This document shows positions 42,607 to 53,734 of a stretch of 64,000 nucleotides of DNA, one piece after another (the first letter of the stretch is position 1; each line of letters opens with the position of its first letter). Under the pieces are notes generated by a model. The model was not told where the DNA came from and searched no databases. It saw only the letters and a list, made by a program, of their open reading frames with translations. The stretch is taken from positions 1,778-65,777 of the forward strand of contig JAERTH010000085.1 of NCBI GenBank assembly GCA_016844955.1, given 5' to 3'. Source of the stretch: Fidelibacterota bacterium (GTDB lineage Bacteria > Fidelibacterota > UBA8477 > JABMPR01). The position numbers were made by a program, and so were the translations under genes.

Positions 42607-44268
42607 TTAGAAAATGGGGGTTTCTGTGTATGTGCCATAAACCACTTTCATGGCGTCAACCATTTCACCCAGCGTAGCAGATTGCCGTACTGAATCTAAC
42701 AGTGGAGGCATAACGTTGCTTCCAGTTTTACAGGCGAGTGTGAGATCTGACAAAGCCTTGTCAGTCTTCACTTGATCTCTTTTTGCACGGAGCGCCCGCA
42801 CTTTTGACACCTGATCCAACTCGACTTGCTTGTCAATTTTTAAAACGGGAATGTCTATAGTTTCATTTTCACGTTTAAATGCATTAACACCTACAATAAT
42901 TCTTTGCTTGGAATCATATTTTCGCGCTACTTCATAGGCGGCATTGCCAATTTCGCGTTGAAAATAGCCAGATTCTATGGCGGGGATGACACCGCCTAAT
43001 TCGTCAATGGTTTCAAAATACTTCTCAGCTTCAGTTTCCATCTTGTCAGTCATGGCTTCCACATAATAAGAACCACCCAGTGGATCGATAGTGGACCCTA
43101 CGCCTGTTTCAAAAGCTATGACCTGTTGGGTTCTCAACGCAATTTCTACACTCTTTTCTGTGGGGAGCGCTAAAACTTCATCCATGGAGTTAGTGTGTAA
43201 TGACTGCGTTCCTCCCAGGACACCGGCTAACGCCTCATATGCGGTTCGGACAATGTTATTTTCTGGTTGAGGCGCTGTCAGGCTGTGACCAGCTGTTTGT
43301 GTGTGAAAACGTAGCATCCATGACCGTGGATCCTTGGCTCCATACTTATTCTTCATCCGCTTGGCATAAATACGTCTTGCGGCCCTGAATTTTCCAATTT
43401 CCTCAAAGAAATCGATATGCGAATTAAAAAAGAAACTCAATCTACGAGCAAATTTGTCTACATCCAGCCCACGTTCTATGGCTGCCTCGACATAGGCGAA
43501 TCCATCAGCCAGTGTGAATGCAAGTTCTTGGGCTGCGGTTGAACCTGCCTCGCGGATATGATAGCCAGAGATTGAGATGGTATTGTAGGCCGGCATGTGG
43601 TCTGTGCACCATTCAATCATATCGGTAATAATGTGCATTGAGGGCTCAGGCGGGAAAATGAACTCTTTTTGCGCGATGTATTCTTTTAGAATATCATTTT
43701 GCAACGTACCATGCAGTTTTTCTGACGACACTCCCTGACGCTCACCAACTACAATATACATGGCCAAAAGAATAATGGCGGGACCATTGATGGTCATTGA
43801 GGTTGAAACCTGATCCAGGGGTATGCCCTCAAACAGGGTCATCATATCTTCAATCGAATTTATTGAGACACCACAATGCCCCACCTCACCTAAGGAAAGT
43901 GCATGATCAGAATCATAGCCCATCAGGGTGGGCATGTCAAAAGCGACACTTAAGCCCGTCTGCCCCTGTTCCAGGAGAAATTTGAAGCGTTTATTGGTGT
44001 CTTCAGGTGTACCAAATCCGGCAAACTGACGCATAGTCCATAGACGACCACGGTACATGTTGGGGTGCACACCACGGGTGAAGGGGTATTCACCCGGAAA
44101 ACCCAATTCTTCCATATATGCTTCGAGATCCTGACGATCTTCATCTGGCAAATACAGGAGTTCATTCTTTAATCCAGATACAGTGTCGTAATCGTATTCA
44201 CGTTCTCTGGCATCAGAAACTTTCTGTTTCCAGCGCTGCAAACCGTCTTGGTAACTATACTCTGACAT
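42607..44268 (-). CDS. B12-dependent acyl-CoA mutase large subunit, isobutyryl-CoA mutase (IcmA)-like
   Basis: Mutase TIM-barrel motifs ([29 protein letters not shown]) with no B12 domain; specificity residues Phe82 (RQFAGF) and Gln200 (YIAQKE). Confidence 0.88.
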   Translation of the reverse strand: MSEYSYQDGLQRWKQKVSDAREREYDYDTVSGLKNELLYLPDEDRQDLEAYMEELGFPGEYPFTRGVHPNMYRGRLWTMRQFAGFGTPEDTNKRFKFLLEQGQTGLSVAFDMPTLMGYDSDHALSLGEVGHCGVSINSIEDMMTLFEGIPLDQVSTSMTINGPAIILLAMYIVVGERQGVSSEKLHGTLQNDILKEYIAQKEFIFPPEPSMHIITDMIEWCTDHMPAYNTISISGYHIREAGSTAAQELAFTLADGFAYVEAAIERGLDVDKFARRLSFFFNSHIDFFEEIGKFRAARRIYAKRMKNKYGAKDPRSWMLRFHTQTAGHSLTAPQPENNIVRTAYEALAGVLGGTQSLHTNSMDEVLALPTEKSVEIALRTQQVIAFETGVGSTIDPLGGSYYVEAMTDKMETEAEKYFETIDELGGVIPAIESGYFQREIGNAAYEVARKYDSKQRIIVGVNAFKRENETIDIPVLKIDKQVELDQVSKVRALRAKRDQVKTDKALSDLTLACKTGSNVMPPLLDSVRQSATLGEMVDAMKVVYGTYTETPIF

Positions 44269-44286
44269 TGTGAGTCTACCCCACCT

Positions 44287-46164
44287 TTACTTTAGTATTT
44301 TCAAAATTGAAGCTGAAATATCCTCGGGAGTAAGTTTTACCTCTGCCAGCAATTGTGCGCGGGAACCGTGCGTCACAAAGCGATCTGGCAAAGTATGTGT
44401 ATGAATTGCGGCTGCACCCTTAACCGAGGATGCGAAGGCCTCCATGGTCTGAGCAAGGCTTCCTGGATAATTGTTTTCTTCAACCACAAATACATGCTTG
44501 TATTTTTTAAGTAAGGCTTTGAGTAATTCTTGGTCAAATGGTTTTACAAACTTCGCATCGACATGTGCAGCCTCAACATCTTTTGTTTTCAAAAGTTTAA
44601 CACTTTTAATGGCAACACTATTCATCGAACCAACGGCAATTATCGCCGTATCCTTACCCTCTGAAATTGTTTCCCACTTCCCTATTTCAAGCGGTTTGCT
44701 TTTGATAGTTTTGCGGTTTTTTTCGGCTGATGCTTTGGGATACCGGATAAAGAAAGGCCCCTCATCATAAGCCAGCGCTGTCTGCATGAGGTGGCGCAGT
44801 TCTTCGCCATTTCGGGGTGCAGCCACAATCACTCCTGGAATACTTGAGAGATAAGATAAATCCAATACTCCATGATGTGTTGGGCCATCCTCACCCACCA
44901 ATCCAGCACGATCCAACATAAAGATCACCGGTAGCTTCTGAACGGCAATATCATGAACCAGCATATCATAGGCTCGCTGTAAAAATGTTGAATATATTGC
45001 TACAAAAGGTTTTAGTCCCCGAGCAGCCAGCGCTCCAGCGAAGGTAACTGCATGCCCCTCGGCAATACCCACATCATAAAAGTGATCAGGATGCTGCTCT
45101 GCAAATCCTGACAAACCGGTTCCATCACGCATGGCGGCAGTAACGGCCACGATCCGTTTGTCTTTTTCAGCAAGTTTTATCAGCTCATCCCCAAAAACAT
45201 TCAGAAAGGGGGCTACTTCCTTTTTTACAGATTTTTGATTTGGTTTTGCAGCAGGTCCAATTCCATGGAATTTTGCAGGATTCTGCTCAGCCTGTGCATA
45301 GCCCCGCCCTTTTTTAGTAATGATATGCAACAATACCGGGCTGTTGATATCCTTGATGTTCTCCAGGGTTGAAATCAGCAGAGGCAGGTCGTTGCCATCA
45401 ATTGGACCAAAATAACGGATACCCATTTCATCAAAAATGACTCCGGGAACGAGGAGATTTTTTAAGCTTTCCTCAATTTTCCGCATTCCTGTTCGGACCG
45501 TACTCTTTCCCATAGGCAGCTTACCGGAGATATTCCACAACTCATCCCTAACCCGATTGTACAGAGGGTTGGTAGTAATCTTGGAGAGATATTTGGACAT
45601 CGCTCCCACATTAGGGGAAATGGACATCTCATTGTCGTTGAGAATAATCATCATACGGGTACGCAGAGAACCAAGATTGTTCAGCCCTTCAAATGAAAGC
45701 CCTCCTGTGAGCGCTCCGTCGCCAATAACTGAGATTATCTGATGATCCTCATCTTTCAAATCCCTGGCAATAGCGAAGCCAACCCCAGCAGATATTGATG
45801 TAGAAGCATGTCCAGCACCATAAGTATCGTGTTCACTCTCATTTGGCTTGCAAAATCCACTGATACCACCATACTGGCGGATGGTTTTCAGCAATTCTCT
45901 TCGTCCAGTGAGAATTTTATGGGCATAGGCCTGGTGACCAACATCCCAGATGATTTTGTCATTGGGAGAATCAAAAACCTTATGCAGTGCAACAGTAAGC
46001 TCGACAACCCCCAGCGTAGGAGCCAGATGACCACCGGTCTCTGAAACAACTTCTATTGTATAGTCCCTAATGTCCTGGCATAATTGTAACAATTCACCCT
46101 CAGACAGATCATTAAGGTCAGTAGGTGAATCTATATTTCTCAGAACTTTATATTTATCCGACAT
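44287..46164 (-). CDS. dxs: 1-deoxy-D-xylulose-5-phosphate synthase
   Basis: GGHLAP.LG, WDVGHQAY, GDGALTGG, DRAGLVGEDGPTHHG. Confidence 0.97.
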   Translation of the reverse strand: MSDKYKVLRNIDSPTDLNDLSEGELLQLCQDIRDYTIEVVSETGGHLAPTLGVVELTVALHKVFDSPNDKIIWDVGHQAYAHKILTGRRELLKTIRQYGGISGFCKPNESEHDTYGAGHASTSISAGVGFAIARDLKDEDHQIISVIGDGALTGGLSFEGLNNLGSLRTRMMIILNDNEMSISPNVGAMSKYLSKITTNPLYNRVRDELWNISGKLPMGKSTVRTGMRKIEESLKNLLVPGVIFDEMGIRYFGPIDGNDLPLLISTLENIKDINSPVLLHIITKKGRGYAQAEQNPAKFHGIGPAAKPNQKSVKKEVAPFLNVFGDELIKLAEKDKRIVAVTAAMRDGTGLSGFAEQHPDHFYDVGIAEGHAVTFAGALAARGLKPFVAIYSTFLQRAYDMLVHDIAVQKLPVIFMLDRAGLVGEDGPTHHGVLDLSYLSSIPGVIVAAPRNGEELRHLMQTALAYDEGPFFIRYPKASAEKNRKTIKSKPLEIGKWETISEGKDTAIIAVGSMNSVAIKSVKLLKTKDVEAAHVDAKFVKPFDQELLKALLKKYKHVFVVEENNYPGSLAQTMEAFASSVKGAAAIHTHTLPDRFVTHGSRAQLLAEVKLTPEDISASILKILK

Positions 46165-46171
46165 GGATTAT

Positions 46172-46774
46172 TTACCTCGATTTTAACACAATTTCATCCA
46201 CAAAATATTTGTGGATACCTGAGTCTTCAGTGAGCTCAGGGTGGAAGGACGCAACCAGAACCTTACCCTGCCGGAGAAGTACAGGATCAGCGCCAAAAAC
46301 AGCAAGTTGTAGCACCTTTGGACTGATATCTCTAAATTTTGGTGCCCTAATAAATATTGCATGGAAATCATGGTCAAGCAGACTGGGCATGATTAGTGAT
46401 GTGCTGAAAGATTCAATCTGCCTTCCATATGCATTCCGCTCAGCCGTATATTCAATTTTGTTAAAGCAGCGCACGCGTTCATCATCAATTTGCTGCCCCA
46501 ACAGAATGGCACCAGCACAGGTGCCGAAAACGGGCAAGGTCTCAAGAGCCTCATTCATTGGCTCCCACATACCTTCCTGCTCTAGTAGCAGAGTCATGGT
46601 CGTGGATTCACCACCAGGCAGGATGAGTGCATCAATGAGCTTCAAATCTCCTGGCTCTCTTACTGCGCGACTCTTTATCCCTAAACGACCCATGCTGTAG
46701 GCATGCTTGGCAAAGCTGCCCTGCAAGGCGACAACACCAATGGTCAGATCATCATATTCAGGTCGTGGTTCCAA
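46172..46774 (-). CDS. pdxT: PLP synthase glutaminase subunit
   Basis: ALQG, PGGESTT, GTCAG, RNAYGRQ, FIRAP, FHPE. Confidence 0.95.
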   Translation of the reverse strand: MEPRPEYDDLTIGVVALQGSFAKHAYSMGRLGIKSRAVREPGDLKLIDALILPGGESTTMTLLLEQEGMWEPMNEALETLPVFGTCAGAILLGQQIDDERVRCFNKIEYTAERNAYGRQIESFSTSLIMPSLLDHDFHAIFIRAPKFRDISPKVLQLAVFGADPVLLRQGKVLVASFHPELTEDSGIHKYFVDEIVLKSR

Positions 46775-46784
46775 ACTTATTCTC

Positions 46785-47666
46785 CTACCAGCCTCTATCT
46801 TGCATGCGCTCGTCAGGAGTAATTTCGCTCATATCTAGACCCTTCATGGCCTTCCCCAGACCTTCAGATATTTCAGCCAATTTATCAGGCTTGTCATAGA
46901 AAGTGGCTGCTTGCACAATGGCTTTAGCCATAAGTGAGGATTCTTCTGACTTGAAGATACCTGAGCCAACAAAGATGGTCTCAGCTCCAAGCTGCATCAT
47001 GAGGGAAGCGTCTGCCGGAGTAGCAATTCCACCAGCTGAAAAATTTGGTACGGGAAGCTTTCCTGTTTTAGCAACCTGATCAACAAGATGAAATGGGGCA
47101 CCCATGTTTTTTGCTGCAGCCATGAGTTCATCGGCTCTTAATTTAGATAAATGAGCCATCTCCATATTTATTGTGCGCATATGGCGAACGGCTTCAACAA
47201 TATTTCCTGTACCAGGTTCTCCCTTGGTACGAATAAGTGCAGCACCTTCCCCGATCCGTCGGAGGGCTTCAGCGAGATTTGTGGCTCCGCAGACAAACGG
47301 CGTTTTGAAATCATGCTTCCAGATATGGTTGGCTTCATCGGCAGGTGTGAGAACTTCACTCTCATCAATATAATCAATTTCAAGAGCTTCTAAAATTTGA
47401 GCCTCAGCGAAATGACCGATACGACATTTAGCCATAACTGGAATCGAGACGGCAGCTTGAATTTCCTTGATCATTTTTGGGTCAGATGCTCGGGCAATAC
47501 CCCCATCACGACGGATATCAGCTGGAATTCTTTCCAGAGCCATTACAGCCACAGCACCCGCTTTTTCAGCGATTTCTGCCTGTTTAGGTGTAGTCACATC
47601 CATGATCACACCACCCTTAAGCATTTCCGCTAATCCTGTTTTGACTTCATACAGATCATTTGTCAT
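46785..47666 (-). CDS. pdxS: PLP synthase lyase subunit
   Basis: [32 protein letters not shown]. Confidence 0.97.
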   Translation of the reverse strand: MTNDLYEVKTGLAEMLKGGVIMDVTTPKQAEIAEKAGAVAVMALERIPADIRRDGGIARASDPKMIKEIQAAVSIPVMAKCRIGHFAEAQILEALEIDYIDESEVLTPADEANHIWKHDFKTPFVCGATNLAEALRRIGEGAALIRTKGEPGTGNIVEAVRHMRTINMEMAHLSKLRADELMAAAKNMGAPFHLVDQVAKTGKLPVPNFSAGGIATPADASLMMQLGAETIFVGSGIFKSEESSLMAKAIVQAATFYDKPDKLAEISEGLGKAMKGLDMSEITPDERMQDRGW

Positions 47667-47701
47667 TTTCTAAATTCTCCAAAATACAATATTTTCAATA
47701 T

Positions 47702-48559
47702 TTACACACGTGTTTGCACGTTTATGTTCTTTAAATGTTCAACTACTTCTTCAATAAGATCATCAGGTGATGATGCACCGGCGGAGACACCTACAGATTC
47801 TGCATTTTCGAACCAGGCTGCATCAATATCAGAAGCTCCTTCTACCATATAGGAGCGCGGATTCATGGTCAAGGATACCTCATGCAGGCGCTTGGTATTT
47901 GCGCTGGTGTAGGAACCAACAATTATCATTACATCTGAAAGCGGCGCTAACTCCTTGATCTGTGCTTGATTGCGACGCGTTGGAAAACAGACAGTATTTA
48001 CAAATCTTAAATCAAATATCTTCATGGAGAGAACACCAATAATATCTTGGACATTCTCAATCATCTGAGTTGATTGAGAAACAACCCCGGCTTTTTTCAT
48101 CCGCGGCAGTGCTTCTGCTTCATCAACACTTGAAATCACAAACGCTTTGGGTACCTGCGCTTGGATTGCCACTACCTCATCATGACCATGATCGCCAATG
48201 ATTAGCAATTTCCGATCCTCAGCATGCAATTTCTTAATTTCATCATGAATTTCGTGTACCAACGGACAAGTTGCATCAACGATATCCAGGTTTTTCTCAG
48301 CAGCGGCTTCCCATATTTCAGGTATGGTGCCATGGGCTCGAAAAAGCACGGGTGCTTCGCTAACCTCATCCAGGGTGTCAACTACTTTTATATTATCCTG
48401 TTCCAGCTGGGAGACGACACGCTCATTATGTACAATATCACCCAGCATATAAACTTTGCCATGCTCAGACGCTATTTCGCGGGCCTTTTCAATGGCATCT
48501 CGGACGCCAAAACAGAAGCCAGCATCTTTTGCAACGCGTATCTTTAACGCTTCAGGCAT
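47702..48559 (-). CDS. ispH: 4-hydroxy-3-methylbut-2-enyl diphosphate reductase
   Basis: GFCFGV, IVHN, RAHG, DATCPLV, NTVC, SAN, AGASSP. Start reassigned to MPEALK. Confidence 0.94.
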   Translation of the reverse strand: MPEALKIRVAKDAGFCFGVRDAIEKAREIASEHGKVYMLGDIVHNERVVSQLEQDNIKVVDTLDEVSEAPVLFRAHGTIPEIWEAAAEKNLDIVDATCPLVHEIHDEIKKLHAEDRKLLIIGDHGHDEVVAIQAQVPKAFVISSVDEAEALPRMKKAGVVSQSTQMIENVQDIIGVLSMKIFDLRFVNTVCFPTRRNQAQIKELAPLSDVMIIVGSYTSANTKRLHEVSLTMNPRSYMVEGASDIDAAWFENAESVGVSAGASSPDDLIEEVVEHLKNINVQTRV

Positions 48560-49583
48560 TGGCGTCCCATGCTGCAATAGTCTTGCGACAACTCTCGACA
48601 ATATCCAGAGCTGCTTCAGTTAGTGGTTTGTCGATACGGCAACCTGCTGCAAATGCATGCCCGCCACCTCCAAATGCCGTTGCGACTTTATTGACGGGAA
48701 TATGACCCTTTGAACGCATGCTAATATCTGCGGACTGCCCGGGCATCTTTGTTACAGACACGCCTATTTCAACGCCTTTAATAGATCGGATAAAGTCAGA
48801 GAGTGAGTTCATGTCATCCGGGTTTGCCCCGGTCTTGAGAATCTCCTCAAAATCAATGACGGACCATGCCAGCCTGCCATCACAATCGTATTGAATTTCT
48901 GATAATAGTTTTTGCAGAACCTGCAATCTGCCAGGTGTATTCAAGTCCTCATATAAGTAGACATAGAGTTCGTAAGGTTTGACCCCGGAGGCCACCAGTC
49001 GAGCAGCCGCCATCAAGGTTTCTGGATCCGTATTATTAAACCTGAAATTTCCAGTATCACTCATCATAGCTGCATAAATTGGATGGGCAATTTCCATACG
49101 ATCCAGAGCTGTATCATCCATACCCTCTAACAAATCGTAGATGAGTACACCAGTTGAGCTGGCAGTTGGGAAATCAAAGCGATGATCAAATTGGGTTTTA
49201 TCGCCGGGATGGTGATCAATGCTAACTTTTATGATGCTTTTTGATACCACATCCTGCCCTAGATCCATAAGTCGATCATAATGCCCAATATCGAAGGCAA
49301 TTAGCACATCTGAAGTTTTAATTAACTCAGCATGAAGTGATGCATTGTAAACTTCTATTTCACCTGTTTCGGGTAAAAACTCAAGATTGACTCTTAGTGG
49401 AGAAGGATTCAGGATGTGAACTGTTTTACCACGGGATTTAAGAAATCTGGCCAAACCCAATTCAGAGCCTGCACCATCGGCATCGGGTTGCAGATGCGTG
49501 GAGAAGATAAAAGTGTCATTCTCCTCTAATAGAGCCTGCAGAGTGTCCCAATCCCTCTGTTGCCCATATTTATCAAAACTCAT
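48552..49583 (-). CDS. DHH/DHHA1 phosphoesterase (NrnA/DhhP-like)
   Basis: H..PDADG.GS, IDHH, SDTGNF, SMRS, GGGGH..AAG. Confidence 0.92.
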   Translation of the reverse strand: MSFDKYGQQRDWDTLQALLEENDTFIFSTHLQPDADGAGSELGLARFLKSRGKTVHILNPSPLRVNLEFLPETGEIEVYNASLHAELIKTSDVLIAFDIGHYDRLMDLGQDVVSKSIIKVSIDHHPGDKTQFDHRFDFPTASSTGVLIYDLLEGMDDTALDRMEIAHPIYAAMMSDTGNFRFNNTDPETLMAAARLVASGVKPYELYVYLYEDLNTPGRLQVLQKLLSEIQYDCDGRLAWSVIDFEEILKTGANPDDMNSLSDFIRSIKGVEIGVSVTKMPGQSADISMRSKGHIPVNKVATAFGGGGHAFAAGCRIDKPLTEAALDIVESCRKTIAAWDANA

Positions 49584-49707
49584 TTATTTTAAAATACCTC
49601 AAGCAGTTAAATCAAGTCATATATTTCATCAAACGGACTCATCCCGAATCCGAAACAATGAATATATTCTTTAACCCTCAGGATACAAATGTTTCAGGCT
49701 TTCATGA

Positions 49708-49744
49708 CAATAAAAACCCCATTTTGATTATGGAGTTTTTATTG
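49708..49744 (-). terminator. Intrinsic terminator after gpsA
   Basis: CAATAAAAACTCCAT-AATCAAA-ATGGGGTTTTTATTG. Confidence 0.7.
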
Positions 49745-49771
49745 AAGATTAATGTGGTGTATATGGTGGAT

Positions 49772-50782
49772 TCAATCCAGCGAATGCCGCTCTCTCACAG
49801 GTGCTCTGCCCATCAGTTCCTCAACTGCAACTTTTGGATCTTTTTCTTCAAACAGTACCTGAAAGATCTGTTCCGAGATTGGCATTTCGACACCGGTTTT
49901 TTCAATAAGCTGATGTACTGATCGGGCGGTATTTATCCCCTCTGCAACCATCTTCATTTCTTCAAGAATTTCTTTGAGCTTGCGACCTTTGCCCAGTTCG
50001 AATCCAACGTGACGATTGCGACTATGCGTGCTCAGGCAGGTGACAATAAGATCACCCATCCCGCTTAGACCGGCAAAGGTCTGCTCATTAGCACCCAGAT
50101 GAACACCCAAACGGGTCATTTCAAACAACCCCCGAGTTAGCAATGCTGCGTTTGTGTTATCTCCATAACCCATACCCGCCAGAATTCCAGCAGCAATAGC
50201 GATTACATTCTTCAATGAACCACCATATTCTACCCCAAGAATATCCACATTGGTATATACCCGCAGTGAATCAGACATGAACGCTTTTTGGACTATTTTT
50301 GCTGAGGCTTCATCGGAACAGGCAGCTACGATTGTGGATGGCATTCCCCGCACAACTTCTTCGGCGTGGGTGGGGCCATATAATGTGGCAATTTTTCCTT
50401 GTGGATGGTTGGGCAACGCATGAGCCAACACCTGGCTCATGGTGAGCAAAGAGTCGTTCTCAATCCCTTTGGCAACATTCACGAGAACGGCATTTTTGGG
50501 GATTATGTCAGCTAGTTTTTCAAAAGTTAATCCCACAGTATGAGAAGGAATTGCAACCAATATTATATCACTACCTTGAATACATTGCTGCATATCAGTT
50601 GTGAATTGGAGGGTCTCAGGAAGGGAAACACCTGGCAAATAATCAGGGAGTTCTCTGTGGTTCAGGGCTTGTTGGTAGTCTTTCTCCAGATAGAACCAAA
50701 CCTTCACACTGTGGTCATTCTTTAACAAATGAATCGCCAGGGTCATACCCCAACTGCCTGATCCGATTACCGCTATATTCAT
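49772..50782 (-). CDS. gpsA: NAD(P)H-dependent glycerol-3-phosphate dehydrogenase
   Basis: GSGSWG, KGIE, KNVIAIAAG, GDLIVTC.S..SRN, AEG. Confidence 0.96.
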   Translation of the reverse strand: MNIAVIGSGSWGMTLAIHLLKNDHSVKVWFYLEKDYQQALNHRELPDYLPGVSLPETLQFTTDMQQCIQGSDIILVAIPSHTVGLTFEKLADIIPKNAVLVNVAKGIENDSLLTMSQVLAHALPNHPQGKIATLYGPTHAEEVVRGMPSTIVAACSDEASAKIVQKAFMSDSLRVYTNVDILGVEYGGSLKNVIAIAAGILAGMGYGDNTNAALLTRGLFEMTRLGVHLGANEQTFAGLSGMGDLIVTCLSTHSRNRHVGFELGKGRKLKEILEEMKMVAEGINTARSVHQLIEKTGVEMPISEQIFQVLFEEKDPKVAVEELMGRAPVRERHSLD

Positions 50783-50799
50783 GGATGGAATTCCGTTCT

Positions 50800-50833
50800 A
50801 AAATAAAGAGCTCCCACTATCCAATGGGAGCTC
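50800..50833 (-). terminator. Terminator-like hairpin between the acyl-CoA ligase and gpsA
   Basis: GAGCTCCCA-loop-TGGGAGCTC-TTTATTTT. Confidence 0.7.
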
Positions 50834-50854
50834 AATGTTGTTTATTCTTATAAT

Positions 50855-52684
50855 TTAGGCGTAGAGTGCGTCTAACTTGTCTTTATAGCGCTCTTCGACG
50901 ACTCGTTTTTTGATTTTTAGTGTTGGTGTTAGGGTACCATCCTCCACACTAAATTCCTTAGGTAAGAGAATGATTTTCTTAACGGCTTCATACCCACTAA
51001 AGGATCTCATTACCTCTTCTACAACACCCAGAAGCATTTCATTGACTGTTTCATTTTGACAGAGTGCTTCCGGGCTCTTGTCAGTGATCTCATTTTCAGC
51101 AGCCCATTCTGCTACTTCAACAAAGTTGGGCACAAGAATGGCAGAAATGAATTTTCTTCTGTCTCCATGGACAAGGGCTTGTTCAAAGAATTTGTTCATT
51201 ATCAATGCACCTTCAATGGGTGCAGGCGCAATATTCTTACCACCTGCTGTGACAATGATATTCTTTTTGCGATCCGTTATCTTGAGGTATCCATCGATGA
51301 TAATACCAATATCACCAGTATGGAACCAGCCATCCTCATTAATGGCTTCGCGAGTTCCTGCCTCGTCCTTGTAGTAACCTTTCATGATGTGTGGGCCACG
51401 AGAAAGGATTTCACCATCATCGGCTATTTTAACTTCTACCCCATCAATGGGAGGTCCTACGGTGCCAAATCGGAAATCATCGGGTGGATTAACAGTGATG
51501 ACAGGTGATGTTTCTGAGAGCCCATAACCCTCAAGAATTTTTATACCTGCCGCATCGAAGAAGCTACCAATATCCGCTGCTAGTGGAGCTCCACCACTTG
51601 CAAACAGCTTAAATCGACTTCCCAGCAAAGCCTGTACTTTACTAAACACCAGTTTATCAGCGAGATTTTTTCTCTTGATTAGTTTTGGTGTCAGTTGATT
51701 TGCATTGCGTGCTTCAACATATTTGTACCCAGTCTTCACAGCCCATGCAGCAATCTTTTTCTTAATAAATGAACCAGCAGCAAACTTGGCTCGTACGCCA
51801 GCATACATTTTCTCAAACAGGCGTGGTACGGAGACCGCCATAGTGGGTTCAACTTCTTTCAGGTTATCAATAACCTTGTCCATTGCTTCAGCATATGTGA
51901 TTGAAGCACCCACATGGGTACCGACATAATCCACAAGTCTTTCAAAACTGTGACTTAAGGGTAAGAATGAAAGCAAGGCATCATTTTCGTCCAGACCCAA
52001 CCGTGCATTTGCAGATTTTATATTGCTCACAAGATTGCTATGCATGAGCATAACACCCTTGGGGTTGCCAGTAGTACCGCTGGTGTAGATGAGTGTCAAA
52101 ATGTCGTCCGGCTTAACCTTCAGTGCTTCCTCTTTGTAGTCATAGGCATCCGCAGTAGCGGCAAAGGCCTTTCCTTTTTCCATTAGCTGATTAAAGGAGA
52201 TGATATTATCATCTTCATAACTCAGGGATTCATCAAAATAAACAACAGCTTTTAATTCTGGACATTGGTCCTTGATTTCAAGCACCTTATCCATCTGAAG
52301 CTTATCCTGAGCAAACACCAACTTGGAATCTGAGTGAGCAACAATGTATTGAACCTGGCTGGCGATGAGTGTGGGATAAACCGTGATCGACGTTGCACCG
52401 CGAGTTGCAATGGCATAGTCAGAATAGGCCCACCGGCGACAATTTGTCGATAATATTGCGACATTGTCCTTGGCCTGAATACCTATGGAAGCCAATCCAT
52501 AAGAAGCATTTTTAACCATCTCGGCTATGTCACTACCTTTATCACCAACCCATTCACCGTCAACTTTTTCACTAAACAGAATCTTATCAGGAAATTTTTC
52601 AGTAACCTTTAAAAACATCTCTGCAATCGTTTTGAATTCCACGACAGCTCCTCCTTTATAGGATTGATTTTCTAGTTTCGACAA
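50855..52684 (-). CDS. Long-chain fatty acid--CoA ligase (FAA1/FadD15 type)
   Basis: YTSGTTGNPKG, FLPLSHSFER, EGYGLSET, WFHTGDIG, LTPTLK. Confidence 0.93.
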   Translation of the reverse strand: MSKLENQSYKGGAVVEFKTIAEMFLKVTEKFPDKILFSEKVDGEWVGDKGSDIAEMVKNASYGLASIGIQAKDNVAILSTNCRRWAYSDYAIATRGATSITVYPTLIASQVQYIVAHSDSKLVFAQDKLQMDKVLEIKDQCPELKAVVYFDESLSYEDDNIISFNQLMEKGKAFAATADAYDYKEEALKVKPDDILTLIYTSGTTGNPKGVMLMHSNLVSNIKSANARLGLDENDALLSFLPLSHSFERLVDYVGTHVGASITYAEAMDKVIDNLKEVEPTMAVSVPRLFEKMYAGVRAKFAAGSFIKKKIAAWAVKTGYKYVEARNANQLTPKLIKRKNLADKLVFSKVQALLGSRFKLFASGGAPLAADIGSFFDAAGIKILEGYGLSETSPVITVNPPDDFRFGTVGPPIDGVEVKIADDGEILSRGPHIMKGYYKDEAGTREAINEDGWFHTGDIGIIIDGYLKITDRKKNIIVTAGGKNIAPAPIEGALIMNKFFEQALVHGDRRKFISAILVPNFVEVAEWAAENEITDKSPEALCQNETVNEMLLGVVEEVMRSFSGYEAVKKIILLPKEFSVEDGTLTPTLKIKKRVVEERYKDKLDALYA

Positions 52685-52719
52685 TGATAATCATTTTGGT
52701 TCAAAATCACAGCATTTTA

Positions 52720-52748
52720 TTGACACATGCCCTGCTACAATGTATCAT
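52720..52748 (+). promoter_or_regulatory. Sigma70 promoter of tRNA-Leu
   Basis: TTGACA, 17 nt, TATCAT, then TGCGCGC-TTTTAG. Confidence 0.8.
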
Positions 52749-52767
52749 TGCGCGCTTTTAGAAACGA

Positions 52768-52851
<84 letters not shown>

Positions 52852-53055
52852 CATTTCTACCCTTATATCATCATTATTTACATAGAATTACAATAGCTTC
52901 ATGAGTTTATCATACTGCAGACTATCCTACTATAATTCAACAACGCACAAGTAACAATTCCCTGGAAAGTCGGATTATATCAATGGAATAGCTGGTAGAC
53001 CTTTTTCTGTCGGTTTAATTTGAGTGAAATGTTAAAACACATTCGGAGTGCATAA

Positions 53056-53721
53056 ATGAAAAATAATTTTATCCCTTTTGAGCAATTCAACAGATTTACT
53101 CCCGAGGAAATGTCTGTTCGGGCTGCTGAATATTATGAGTTGATGAAGTCCCGAAGAACCATACGAGAATATTCAGATCAACCCGTTGCTCCTGAAATAA
53201 TTGATAAATGTATACACACTGCAGGCACTGCCCCAAGTGGAGCTAATCAGCAACCCTGGCATTTTGCAGTGATACGAGATTCTCAGGTAAAACAAAAAAT
53301 TCGCCTCGCAGCGGAGGAAGAGGAACAAGAATTCTATGCTGGCCGGGCTGGCGATACCTGGCTGGATACATTAGCTCCACTGGGAACTGATGCCAGCAAG
53401 CCATTTCTGGAGGTTGCCCCCTTGCTAATAGCCATTTTTGAGCAGAAATACCATATTGATGCCCAGGGCCAGAAGGTGAAGCATTACTACGCCAAAGAAT
53501 CAGTGGGTATTGCCACAGGTATGCTGATTTCAGCGCTTCACAATGCGGGTCTGGTTACGTTGACCCACACGCCAAGTCCCATGAATTTCTTAAGCAAGAT
53601 TTTGAATCGACCAGAAGGTGAGCGACCTTTTCTGCTTCTGGTAGTTGGACATCCTGAAAAAGATGTACTGGTACCTGATATTGAGAAAAAAAAGTTGTCT
53701 GAAATCTGTAGTGAATATTGA
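53056..53721 (+). CDS. Nitroreductase-fold iodotyrosine deiodinase (IYD)-like flavoprotein
   Basis: [18 protein letters not shown], lid AEEEEQEFY...W...LAPLGTD.SKPFL, SVGIATG, TLTHTP. Confidence 0.82.
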   Translation: MKNNFIPFEQFNRFTPEEMSVRAAEYYELMKSRRTIREYSDQPVAPEIIDKCIHTAGTAPSGANQQPWHFAVIRDSQVKQKIRLAAEEEEQEFYAGRAGDTWLDTLAPLGTDASKPFLEVAPLLIAIFEQKYHIDAQGQKVKHYYAKESVGIATGMLISALHNAGLVTLTHTPSPMNFLSKILNRPEGERPFLLLVVGHPEKDVLVPDIEKKKLSEICSEY

Positions 53722-53734
53722 GTAAGGTGCTACC

